This document shows positions 40,604-49,781 of a stretch of DNA of 64,000 nucleotides, piece by piece (within the stretch, counting starts at the first letter, position 1; every line of letters starts with the position of its first letter). This stretch comes from Senegalimassilia sp. (GTDB lineage: Bacteria > Bacillota > Clostridia > Lachnospirales > Lachnospiraceae). The notes under the pieces are model-generated. The model ran no database searches. It saw only the letters and a program-made list of their open reading frames with translations, and was not told the DNA's origin. The position numbers were made by a program, and so were the translations under genes. The stretch is from assembly GCA_963659315.1 (NCBI GenBank), contig CAVKUD010000001.1, positions 2,769 to 66,768 of the forward strand, given 5' to 3'.

Positions 40604-41638
40604 ATGATTACTCAATCAAATGCTCCACCTCAACAAACAGGAGCAGTAACTATTCCTAATGCGAGTGGTGCAATCTATAAGAATAACGTAAGCTTCTATT
40701 TAAAGAAAAATCTTCAACATGAGATTAGTTCATTTATAGCAAGTGGTCAGGCAAAGACAGGATATTCAAATCTGGATGCAGTTATTGGAAAGTTATATCC
40801 TGGATTGTATGTTCTTGGAGCAGGAAGTTCACTTGGGAAGACGACCTTTTTATTGCAAATGGCTGACCAGCTTATAGCAGATTGTGAACCTGTTCTTTAT
40901 TTCACAATGGAACAGTCACAGTTAGAGCTTGTAACAAAGACATTAAGTAGAAGAGCTGCACTTAAATGTAAAACAAATCCTAAAATGGCTAAGACTGCTA
41001 TCCAGATTCGCAGAGGTGATGTTACTCAGGAAGTAAAGGATGCATTTCAGGATTATGTTGCTGATGCAGATATTTTTACGATTGTTCAGGGAGATTTTTC
41101 TACAGATATGACAGAAGTGGAAAGAATTGTAGATGATTATGTAAAGGTAACAGGAAAAGTACCTATTGTTATGGTTGATTATCTTCAGATCGTACAAGAG
41201 GATAGCCAGATGACTGATAAGGCGAAGATTGATTCTATTACAAAGCGTTTGAAAATTCTTCAGCGTAAGCATAATGCAGTTGTGATGGTCATTTCTTCAA
41301 TAAATAGAGCGAATTATATGTTGCCGATTGACTTTGAATCCTTTAAGGAATCAGGCTCAATTGAATATTCAGCGGACGTGGTTTGGGGGCTACAGCTTCA
41401 AATTATAAATGACCAAGCATTTACACAGGCTAAGGGTGTGTCTCAGAAAAGAAGAATGATTGCAATGGCTAAAGCTGCATCACCTAGAAAGGTAGAGCTG
41501 GTCTGCTTAAAGAACAGATATGGTATTGCTTCATATAATTGTGGCTTTTTATATTATCCACAGTTTGACTTATTTACACCAGACCCACAATTTAAAGCAT
41601 CGGCACCAATTTGTCCGACACCACAAATTATTATTTAA
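40604..41638 (+). CDS. DnaB-like (SF4) helicase, C-terminal domain type
   Basis: TGYSNLD, GAGSSLGKTT, MVDYLQ, SSINR, FKESGSIEYSAD, LKNRYG. Confidence 0.9.
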   Translation: MITQSNAPPQQTGAVTIPNASGAIYKNNVSFYLKKNLQHEISSFIASGQAKTGYSNLDAVIGKLYPGLYVLGAGSSLGKTTFLLQMADQLIADCEPVLYFTMEQSQLELVTKTLSRRAALKCKTNPKMAKTAIQIRRGDVTQEVKDAFQDYVADADIFTIVQGDFSTDMTEVERIVDDYVKVTGKVPIVMVDYLQIVQEDSQMTDKAKIDSITKRLKILQRKHNAVVMVISSINRANYMLPIDFESFKESGSIEYSADVVWGLQLQIINDQAFTQAKGVSQKRRMIAMAKAASPRKVELVCLKNRYGIASYNCGFLYYPQFDLFTPDPQFKASAPICPTPQIII

Positions 41639-41651
41639 TAGGAGGTCATCT

Positions 41652-41978
41652 ATGACAGAATTAGAAAAAAAACATAAATTAATGCAGAAATGCAGAATAG
41701 TTAAGCCAGATCAGACTGGTGTATGTAGATTTATAGAAATTCAGATGCAAACGTTTGAACAGGATGCATCTGGGAAATGGAATCGTACAGGAATGGCTAT
41801 TGAAAAGGGCTTGCAGTACGAAAATAAGGTTAAGCTTATTGATGGAAGAATAGTATATCTTAATAAGCCTGGAACAAAAATTGTTACAGAATATCAGAGA
41901 GTACCAGAATGGGCAACTCATGAATTGGAAGATATTTATGTTGATTATGACATGTTTGATGTTCCTGTACCATTTTAA
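41652..41978 (+). CDS. Hypothetical protein
   Basis: AGGAGG RBS before ATG 41652. Confidence 0.65.
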   Translation: MTELEKKHKLMQKCRIVKPDQTGVCRFIEIQMQTFEQDASGKWNRTGMAIEKGLQYENKVKLIDGRIVYLNKPGTKIVTEYQRVPEWATHELEDIYVDYDMFDVPVPF

Positions 41979-42035
41979 GGTCTATTAAGAATGACTGCAA
42001 ATTTTAACTATATTCAGAAGGAGAAAAAAAGTGTG

Positions 42036-42305
42036 ATGAAAGATGATAATTTGAATATGCAGAACTTATCGGATGATGAACTCATAATATTTAATGAGTG
42101 GGTACTTAATGTTGCTGCTCCTACAGTATGTTCATTATCGGAGAAAAATAAAGACAAGGTTCAATACAATATTGATATGTCAGAACAACAGATGCAGGAA
42201 ATCTATGAATGGATATTATGCGGATATGACAAAGTAGCCATGATCTTAGGAAAAACTGCATTTGGCGAATTATGCAGAAAAATGTCAATAGCATTAGATT
42301 TATGA
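42036..42305 (+). CDS. Hypothetical protein
   Basis: AAGGAG RBS; ORF track. Confidence 0.55.
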   Translation: MKDDNLNMQNLSDDELIIFNEWVLNVAAPTVCSLSEKNKDKVQYNIDMSEQQMQEIYEWILCGYDKVAMILGKTAFGELCRKMSIALDL

Positions 42306-42372
42306 TAAGGGTATTTCTATATTTCAGGGTGTTCTTAGGAGCACCCTAATTTATTAAGTGGAGGATGTAAGA

Positions 42373-42561
42373 ATGGATAATAGTAACATAGTATACAAGA
42401 TTGTTGAGGATAAAGTTAATATGGACGGAATACATACATTTGATGGACTTGAGATGGACATTCAGGCTGCGTATTTGAATATGCTTCATAGCAAAGGACT
42501 GATACCAGATAATGTTCATTCTATTGCATTAAACAAAATTACAAAAGGAGTGGTTAGATGA
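42373..42561 (+). CDS. Small protein preceding the recombinase genes (SHOCT-like tail)
   Basis: GGAGG RBS; LNMLHSKGLIP segment; overlaps the next start. Confidence 0.55.
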   Translation: MDNSNIVYKIVEDKVNMDGIHTFDGLEMDIQAAYLNMLHSKGLIPDNVHSIALNKITKGVVR

Positions 42562-43226
42562 AAGAACACAAAGCTGCAATCTATCATTTTACGGATGGGG
42601 GAAATATCAGACCTATTGTTTACCAGAAAGAACTTGATCGAATAAAACAGTTTGCGGCAGATATCGGATATTCAGATGCAGAGGTATATCTGGATAAATC
42701 TCTTAAAAAGAAAGAACAAGTACAGTTACAGAATTTATTACAGGATATAAGCAATTACAATGCCTTGATTATGAAAGACTTCTATCATCTAAGAAAGAAT
42801 ACAGGAGCATTTATGGATGACCTTATTACTCTTAGTAATAGAGGGGTAAATATCTATACCATAGAAGATGGCAGTTTTCAGTTAAGTACTGCACCATTTG
42901 AGCAACCATTAAGAATTGCTTTGTATTACTGTGGTTTGGAAATTGTCGGACGTTCAATAGAGTTACAGTTTGAGATTATGAATTATTTTGTGAGAACCTG
43001 CACTAACTGGAAAATAATTGATGAATATGCTGATACATCTGGCAACAAGAAAGATGGAAACCAAAAACAGTTACAAGAGCTTATTAAAAACCATGATAAG
43101 TATGATTTGATTCTTGTGCAGTCGTTTAATGATATCCATTGGAGAACAGCAAAATTTTGTAAAGTAAGACACCAGATACAAAGAGATATCTACAGTATGC
43201 ATGAAGAAATGTATTTGAAGTATTAA
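42558..43226 (+). CDS. Protein of two tandem degenerate serine-recombinase catalytic domains
   Basis: AAIYHFTD...VYLD and IALYYCG...SIELQ...NWKIIDEYADTSG...KYDLILVQS; the YxRVS catalytic motif is missing in both. Confidence 0.6.
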   Translation: MKEHKAAIYHFTDGGNIRPIVYQKELDRIKQFAADIGYSDAEVYLDKSLKKKEQVQLQNLLQDISNYNALIMKDFYHLRKNTGAFMDDLITLSNRGVNIYTIEDGSFQLSTAPFEQPLRIALYYCGLEIVGRSIELQFEIMNYFVRTCTNWKIIDEYADTSGNKKDGNQKQLQELIKNHDKYDLILVQSFNDIHWRTAKFCKVRHQIQRDIYSMHEEMYLKY

Positions 43227-43239
43227 CAAGGAGGAAACT

Positions 43240-44967
43240 ATGAAGAATAAAGAGATTAATGAAATTTATTTATGCGTTGAATACGCTCGTGTTTCTACAG
43301 CTAATGAAGGTCAGAAAGAAAGCTGCGAGAACCAGATAACATTGTGTAATGAATATGTTAAGAAGCATCCAGAATTACAGGTTGTAGGTACATATGTTGA
43401 TGATGCTTTAACTGGCGGTAATGATATTCGCCCAGAATATCAGAAGTTGCTTAATAGAATACAGCAGGGAGACATTCGCTACATTATAGCCAAGAGTACA
43501 AATCGTCTATGTCGTTCTACAGAGGTTGATGGTCAGTTACAAAAGATTTGTAGAGAATATGATGTGATGATTATTTTTGTTGATTCAAATTATATATTTA
43601 ATCCGTTTGATGGAGATGCGGTTACTATGCACTCTATTCAAATGATATTTGACCAGCAGTATATTTATACGCAGTCAAAGAATGGTACTATCGCCCATAG
43701 ACAGAAGTGTGAGAAGAAAATACTGGATGCTACAGATGTAAGATATGGTTATGAATGGGATAAGGAAAATAAGCGTATTGTAGTGAAAGAGAGTGAGGCA
43801 CAGTATGTTAGAAAAATGTTTGATTGGTATGTATTCGGAGGTCTTGGGGTAACAGAGATAGCACGTAAATTAGCAGAACTGGGAGTATATGGTCAAAAGA
43901 GCGGTAAGATTTTAACTGCAAATACTATATCAAGCAGATTAAGTGATGCCTCTTATAAAGGAACTTTCTATATAAATAAGAAAGGCAGCAAATTAAATAT
44001 TGGTGTTGGTGCTAAGAAAATCCGTTTTGATCGTCCGAAAGAAGAGTGGATAGCAGTACCTGGACCAGCAATTATATCAGAAGAACTTTTTGATTTAGCA
44101 CAAAGGGTTAGAGAAGAACGCTGCCATATTTATGATAAGCCTAGTAAGCAATCATCACAGGCACGTTTCAGAGGTACGCATTTATTTTCAGGAAAAGTAT
44201 TTTGTGGTGATTGTGGTACGCAGTTTCATTTTAGATATGCTGATAGAGCTAAGACGATTGGAGAGTATAAGGATTATTTCAGCAAGAAAAAGACATCATT
44301 AGATGCGGTTTGCAATAATAAAAAATACAATCGCATTAGAGAGGAAACATTGATTGAATTATGTAAGTACTCAATAAATGTATTTCTGAAAAATCATGAA
44401 AGCTGTATTGATAATATTGTTGATGTTCTTCGTGAGGCTGGCAAGGAAGCTATGAATGACAATACGCAGATAAAAGCTTATCAGAGAAAGTTGAAAAAGC
44501 TTGATATAGAGCTGAAAAAGAATTTAGAGGCTTGGCGAGATGCTACTGATTCTGATATGAAAGAGGATTTCTTACAGATGTATAAGGCTAATAAGGCTGA
44601 AAAGAATAGTATTGAACAGTATCTGGATGAGATTAAACAACAGCAGTCATCACTTGAAGATATGGAGAAAGAATTACAGGTACTGAAAAATAAGATTGAA
44701 GAGATAAAACAGATAAAGGAATTTGATAAATCTGTGGTAGATAATTTTATAGAAAGAATAATAATAGCCGCAGATGGCAAGGTAACCATTGTATTAAAAT
44801 TTGGAACTACCTTTGATGCCATAATGCAGAATAAAATGCTCTTCACTTATGACGGAAAGGGTGATGAAGATATACCATTTTTAAATTTAAAGTTCATTAC
44901 AGATATATATGAGTTCAGAAATCATATCTTATATTATCAATCGTTAAGATGTTCGGACAGGACATGA
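43240..44967 (+). CDS. Large serine recombinase (integrase)
   Basis: YARVST catalytic Ser, NRLCRS, YGY, PAIISEELF, FSGKVFCGDCG zinc ribbon, coiled coil; stop codon formed at the attR junction. Confidence 0.95.
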   Translation: MKNKEINEIYLCVEYARVSTANEGQKESCENQITLCNEYVKKHPELQVVGTYVDDALTGGNDIRPEYQKLLNRIQQGDIRYIIAKSTNRLCRSTEVDGQLQKICREYDVMIIFVDSNYIFNPFDGDAVTMHSIQMIFDQQYIYTQSKNGTIAHRQKCEKKILDATDVRYGYEWDKENKRIVVKESEAQYVRKMFDWYVFGGLGVTEIARKLAELGVYGQKSGKILTANTISSRLSDASYKGTFYINKKGSKLNIGVGAKKIRFDRPKEEWIAVPGPAIISEELFDLAQRVREERCHIYDKPSKQSSQARFRGTHLFSGKVFCGDCGTQFHFRYADRAKTIGEYKDYFSKKKTSLDAVCNNKKYNRIREETLIELCKYSINVFLKNHESCIDNIVDVLREAGKEAMNDNTQIKAYQRKLKKLDIELKKNLEAWRDATDSDMKEDFLQMYKANKAEKNSIEQYLDEIKQQQSSLEDMEKELQVLKNKIEEIKQIKEFDKSVVDNFIERIIIAADGKVTIVLKFGTTFDAIMQNKMLFTYDGKGDEDIPFLNLKFITDIYEFRNHILYYQSLRCSDRT

Positions 44968-44980
44968 TGGTTCACTGTCA
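44945..44980 (+). other. attR (element arm TAAGATGTTCGGAC, CA crossover at 44963-44964, host arm)
   Basis: Inverted match to the attL arm; host cpaF frame resumes CAT GAT GGT TCA CTG TCA ACA GGT CAT GCA AAT. Confidence 0.85.
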
Positions 44981-45319
44981 ACAGGTCATGCAAATTCGTG
45001 CAGGGATATGCTGTCCAGAATGGAAACCATGGTACTGATGGGACAGGAGCTGCCTCTCAGTGCTATAAGAAGTCAGATTGCATCTGGAATAAATATTATC
45101 ATTCAGCTGGGCAGACTGAGGGATAAATCCCGCAGGGTGCTTGAGATAGCGGAACTGGATGGAATTGTAGATGGCGAGATTGTACTAAACACGCTATACA
45201 AATTTGAAGAGATATCGGAGAAGGATGGCAGAGTTATAGGAGAGCTTGTACAAAAGGGTAAGTTAAAATCCCGGACAAAGCTTGAGGCTGCCGGCATGAG
45301 GGATGTAAATGGACTATAG
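44963..45319 (+). pseudogene. cpaF: CpaF/TadA pilus ATPase, 3' part
   Basis: HDGSLSTGHANSCRDMLSRMETM...QLGRLRDKSRRVLEI completes the ATPase begun at 21790. Confidence 0.95.
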
Positions 45320-46046
45320 GAGATACAGGCTTTCTGCAGTGGAAATAGCTGTAGTGGTTATGGAAGCGGCAGCTATATCAATAGCTGTTTCTAAATTATT
45401 CTTTGATTCCCTGTGGGGGATGGTTTTAAGCCCGGCTGTTCTTGTAATTGTGTGGAAGAAAACGGTTGCAGCAAAAATAAAAGAGCGCAGGGACAGGCTT
45501 GCCATGGAATTCCAGACCATGCTTAAAAATATAAGTGGACTGCTGTTAGCCGGATATTCATTGGAAAATTCCTTTGTGGAAGCACAGAAGGAGCTTAAGA
45601 AGATGTATGGGGCCAAATCATATATGGGCATGGAGCTGCAAAACATAAATAAAAGGGTTGGCATGAATATACCTATAGAAGAGCCTTTGGAGGACTTGGC
45701 AGAGAGGGCTGGCATAGAGGATATATACAACTTTATTGATATTTTGTCTTTTGCAAAGAGAACTGGTGGCAATTTTGTGGATATTATAGACCAGGCGGTC
45801 AGCAGGATGTGGGCAAAGTATGAGACTTCAAGGGAAATAGAGGTGGCAATATCTGCTAAAAAGCTTGAACAGAAGGTAATGAGCTTTATACCTATTGCTC
45901 TCTTAGGCTATATGCGGATTACATCAGCGGAGTATATGAGCGTGCTGTATGGAAATGTGGCAGGAGTCCTGTTTATGGCAGTCTGTCTGGCTGCCTATGT
46001 GGGGGCTATATATCTGGCGGAAAAAATATTGCAGATAAGGGTATGA
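45309..46046 (+). CDS. TadB-like (T2SS F family) platform protein
   Basis: AGYSLENSF, KRTGGN, TM helices; follows cpaF. Confidence 0.85.
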   Translation: MDYRRYRLSAVEIAVVVMEAAAISIAVSKLFFDSLWGMVLSPAVLVIVWKKTVAAKIKERRDRLAMEFQTMLKNISGLLLAGYSLENSFVEAQKELKKMYGAKSYMGMELQNINKRVGMNIPIEEPLEDLAERAGIEDIYNFIDILSFAKRTGGNFVDIIDQAVSRMWAKYETSREIEVAISAKKLEQKVMSFIPIALLGYMRITSAEYMSVLYGNVAGVLFMAVCLAAYVGAIYLAEKILQIRV

Positions 46047-46050
46047 GAAT

Positions 46051-47283
46051 ATGGATCAGGTAGAGAAGAAGCAAATTGTAAAGGTAATCATAATAGGCAT
46101 TGCATTTATAGTGCTTGCAGCGGTTATGGAGTCTGCTAATAAAGAGCTTTCAGATGAAAACCAGATACAGAGGAATGAACCAGGAGAGAGCAGCAAAGAG
46201 GTTTCCCTGATTTTAAATGGCGCAGGGTTCAAGGATTATCCCTACCAGCTTGAGATTTCTGAGGAAAAGCTTACAGCCAGTCAGGCGAAAAGCTGTTTTG
46301 AGGAAGCCGAACAGGAGATAGGGGAGTCATTTTATCAGGGAGAGGGCGGGTTAAACCATGTCAGCGAAAGGGTGTCTATTCAGGAAGCCTATGCACAAAA
46401 TATGGTTAAGGCAGACTGGATGTTCTCTGAAAATCTGATTATGGATGATGGGACAATCGATGAGGATAGACTTGAGGAATATGATGACAGGCAGGATGGC
46501 ATCCTGACTACAGCAACTGTCAGCCTGTCCTGTCAGGACTATGAGGAGGAATATCAGTTTTCCTTTATTGTATTTCCCAAGACCCTGACAGAGGAGGAAG
46601 CACTGCTTAAGCAGATTGATGAGAACCTGGCAGACCAGATGGAAAAGGCAGGAGAGCAGGCTGTAGTGCTGCCGGAAAAGCTTGGAGACAAAACTATAGT
46701 CTGGCAGGAGGCAAAAGAGCATCTGGTGTTAAAAACCATAATATTTGAGCTGGCAATAGCTGTTCTATACTGTGCGGCAAGACGTGAGAGACAGAGAGAG
46801 GCTCTCAGACAGAGAAAAAAGAGCATGGAGCTGGAATATTCTGAAATTGTCAGCAAAATGGCTATTTTACTGGGTTCTGGCATGTCTATAAAACAAGCTT
46901 GGAGCAAAATATCCGCCAGATACCTCATAAAGAGGGAGAAAAATCAAGGGCTTAACATGCCTGTATATGAAGAAATGCTGGTGACTGAAAGGGAGATAGA
47001 TGATGGCAATAGTGAGAGAGCAGCATACCAAAATTTTGCCGAAAGAGTGAATATTATGTGCTACAACCGCCTTATGAGGCTGCTAATTTCCAGTCTGGAG
47101 CGTGGAAGCAGACAGATTTGTGACAGCTTACAGCAGGAATCGGAGGAAGCTTTCGAGGAAAGAAAGGCGGTGGCAAAGAAGATGGGTGAAGAGGCAAGCA
47201 CCAGGATGCTTGCGCCAATGATGATAATGATGATGATTGTTATAGCAATAGTTATAGTACCTGCATTGTTGAGTTTTAGGTAA
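46051..47283 (+). CDS. TadC-like (T2SS F family) platform protein
   Basis: LLGSGMSIKQAW, GEEASTRMLAPM, C-terminal TM. Confidence 0.8.
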   Translation: MDQVEKKQIVKVIIIGIAFIVLAAVMESANKELSDENQIQRNEPGESSKEVSLILNGAGFKDYPYQLEISEEKLTASQAKSCFEEAEQEIGESFYQGEGGLNHVSERVSIQEAYAQNMVKADWMFSENLIMDDGTIDEDRLEEYDDRQDGILTTATVSLSCQDYEEEYQFSFIVFPKTLTEEEALLKQIDENLADQMEKAGEQAVVLPEKLGDKTIVWQEAKEHLVLKTIIFELAIAVLYCAARRERQREALRQRKKSMELEYSEIVSKMAILLGSGMSIKQAWSKISARYLIKREKNQGLNMPVYEEMLVTEREIDDGNSERAAYQNFAERVNIMCYNRLMRLLISSLERGSRQICDSLQQESEEAFEERKAVAKKMGEEASTRMLAPMMIMMMIVIAIVIVPALLSFR

Positions 47284-47297
47284 GAAAGGAGAAAATT

Positions 47298-47465
47298 ATG
47301 TTAGGATTTAATAATTTTTTAAAAGAAGAAAAGGCCGCCGGAGTGGTGGAATTGATATTGATTATTGTTGTTTTGATAGGAATTGTCCTGATTTTTAAAA
47401 AGCAGCTGACGGATCTTGTAAATGACATTTTTGATACCATTACAAGTGAAGCTGGAAAGGTATGA
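47298..47465 (+). CDS. Flp1-like type IVb pilin (55 aa, not in ORF track)
   Basis: AAAGGAG RBS; MLGFNNFLKEEKAAGVVELILIIVVLIGIVLIFKKQLTDLVNDIFDTITSEAGKV. Confidence 0.88.
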   Translation: MLGFNNFLKEEKAAGVVELILIIVVLIGIVLIFKKQLTDLVNDIFDTITSEAGKV

Positions 47466-48904
47466 GGATAAAAGGCAGCCTCACTGTCTTTGCTGCATTG
47501 GTCATAATGCTTATAACAAGCTTTATATTTGCCATGCTTGAGGCTTCACGATATGTGGAATTAAACAAGCTGGCAGATATGAGGGCTGATTCTGATATCG
47601 AATCCCTCTTTTCCCAATACAATATTCCTTTGTATGAGGAGTATGGACTGTTGGGTTATGACTGCAGGGGAGCTGATACAGAGGGCTTTCTAAAGGAGCT
47701 GTCGGATGATAATTTCAGTGTTTCCAGGGATATTCTGGGCAGGGAAAAGCTTAATCTGCTGCGGCTAAACATGGACTCAGCAGATGTCACTGCCTATACC
47801 CTTATCACGGATGGGGATGGTGCTGTATATGAGGCGTGCGTAGCAGAGTATATGAAGGATACTGTGGCATATGGCACTGCCCGATTAATTTATGACACGT
47901 ACATGGATGCGGCAGGCATGGAGGCTGAGAGTGGGGATGTGGATAAGAATGTGGATGATGCTATTGCACAGCTTGAAGAACTGGAAAAAAGTGATGATAC
48001 AGACACGGATTCTGCGGAAATGGCTGATGAGAGGGTGGAGGATGACACCTTTGATGTCGTAAAGGAAACAAAGGCATCTGGGGTACTGGCGCTTATATTG
48101 GGAAGTGATACCAGCATATCTGGAAGTGCCATGGACACATCCCAGAGCCTGTCTAAGAGGAGCAGGAACAGTGGTGTAAACGAACAGATTCCCGACACTG
48201 ACTGGCTGGATTATGTATGCATGGAACAATACATAATCCAGAATATGGGGAATTATACAAGTCCTGCAGATGGCCATGCCCTAAGCTATGAGGCTGAATA
48301 TATAATCGCAGGTAAATCAAGCGACAGCGATAATTTAAAAACAGTGATAAATGAGCTTATCCTGACCAGAGAAGCAGCAAATTTCCTGTATCTGCAGGGG
48401 GATGCCAGCAAAAAGGAGGAGGCTCTTGCACTGGCAACTGCTATTGCTGGAGCCTCTGCCAATCCAGTAGTTATTGAGGCTGTGAAGCAAGGACTGCTGG
48501 CGAGCTGGGCATATTGTGAGAGTGTTCTGGATGTGAGAACCCTGTTAGCAGGCGAGAGGGTTCCTTTTGTAAAGACAAAGGCAAGCTGGACATCGAAGCT
48601 ATCTAATATAGCGGCATTACTGTCGGGTGAAGCTAAAGCCAAGGCTGTGACAGATGGAATGTCATATAAGGACTTCATTGGAACCCTGCTTTTGCTTAAA
48701 GGGGTAAAAAGTATGGCATACAGGGCAATGGATATACAGGAGGCGACAGTAAAAATGGCAGATGGATACGAAAATTTCTGTATGGATAATGTTATATCAA
48801 GAATTAATATCACGTTTAATTATAGCTATAATCATGTGTTCTACGATTATAAGCCTGTCGGGCAGATAAGCAGGAGCGCAGATTATTCCTACATAAGTAA
48901 ATAG
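47462..48904 (+). CDS. TadE/G-like large pseudopilin (DUF5702-like)
   Basis: KGSLTVFAAL prepilin-like N-terminus; YEAEYIIAG..SD..NL. Confidence 0.7.
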   Translation: MRIKGSLTVFAALVIMLITSFIFAMLEASRYVELNKLADMRADSDIESLFSQYNIPLYEEYGLLGYDCRGADTEGFLKELSDDNFSVSRDILGREKLNLLRLNMDSADVTAYTLITDGDGAVYEACVAEYMKDTVAYGTARLIYDTYMDAAGMEAESGDVDKNVDDAIAQLEELEKSDDTDTDSAEMADERVEDDTFDVVKETKASGVLALILGSDTSISGSAMDTSQSLSKRSRNSGVNEQIPDTDWLDYVCMEQYIIQNMGNYTSPADGHALSYEAEYIIAGKSSDSDNLKTVINELILTREAANFLYLQGDASKKEEALALATAIAGASANPVVIEAVKQGLLASWAYCESVLDVRTLLAGERVPFVKTKASWTSKLSNIAALLSGEAKAKAVTDGMSYKDFIGTLLLLKGVKSMAYRAMDIQEATVKMADGYENFCMDNVISRINITFNYSYNHVFYDYKPVGQISRSADYSYISK

Positions 48905-48929
48905 GCAGCAAAAATAGAAAGGCAGGTGC

Positions 48930-49781
48930 ATGAGGGTGTCTCGTTGTTTCACATTAATATATCAAGTAAGTTCAAAATCTCTCCCAAAGATTAGTACCGA
49001 ATACATTTCCCAAACCGAGCACAAGGAGACACCCTCATGCACCTGCAAAAAAGCCTCTTATACCTTGGAGGCGGCAGTTATATTTCCTGTAGTTGCGGGG
49101 TTTATAGTGTATCTGCTTATGTTTTTCAGAATTTTACAGGTGCAGACAAGTGTAGAGGCAGCACTGGTGTATGCCGCAAGAATGACAGCTGTGGAGGCAT
49201 GTACTGTGGACTCAGAGCCTGCGCTCCTGTTGTCGGCAGAGGGCTTTATGCTTAGTAAGCTTAGGGAGGATGAAACAATAGATGAGTATGTAAGTGGCGG
49301 AATGGCAGGAATATCGCTGCTTTCATCGAATCTCTCAGGAGAAAATGTCGAGCTTAAGGCTGATTACAGGGTGAAGCTTCCGATTAGTTTTTTCACAATA
49401 AGCGGTTTTGACATATCCCAGAAAAGTATAAGCAGGAAGTGGATAGGACGGACATTTGACAGCTCAGACCACTGCTATGTATATATTACAGATTATGGAA
49501 GTGTGTATCACAGGAGCAAGAGCTGCAGCTATCTCGATTTGAGCATAAGCAGCACGGATATTGCCCAGATTCCTGTCATAAGAAACAAAAATGGGGCAAA
49601 ATACAGCGCATGTTCTAAATGCGTGGCAAAAAAATCTGACGTTGGAAGTGTCTATATAACAGATTATGGCACACTGTATCATAGTGATATTTCCTGCAGT
49701 GCATTAAAGAGGACAATATATATGGTGGAAATATCGGAGGTGAGTGATATGCCGGCATGTAGTAAGTGTGGAGGGACATAG
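48930..49781 (+). CDS. TadE-like pseudopilin with C-terminal Cys/His repeats
   Basis: ASYTLEAAVIFP; two VYITDYG..YH...C...CSKC repeats. Confidence 0.8.
   Translation: MRVSRCFTLIYQVSSKSLPKISTEYISQTEHKETPSCTCKKASYTLEAAVIFPVVAGFIVYLLMFFRILQVQTSVEAALVYAARMTAVEACTVDSEPALLLSAEGFMLSKLREDETIDEYVSGGMAGISLLSSNLSGENVELKADYRVKLPISFFTISGFDISQKSISRKWIGRTFDSSDHCYVYITDYGSVYHRSKSCSYLDLSISSTDIAQIPVIRNKNGAKYSACSKCVAKKSDVGSVYITDYGTLYHSDISCSALKRTIYMVEISEVSDMPACSKCGGT

Larger units (their letters stand above)
22659..44964. mobile_element. 22,306-bp integrative element (large serine recombinase type) inserted in cpaF/tadA
   Basis: Split cpaF halves rejoin in frame; terminal large serine recombinase; inverted att arms; AT-rich accessory cargo. 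Confidence 0.93.

Noticed and set aside
22659..44964. Calling the element a prophage or a complete ICE
   Set aside because: No terminase, capsid, tail, lysis, relaxase or T4SS genes are recognisable.
45008..45319. 103-aa ORF as a separate gene
   Set aside because: It is the C-terminal part of the interrupted cpaF.
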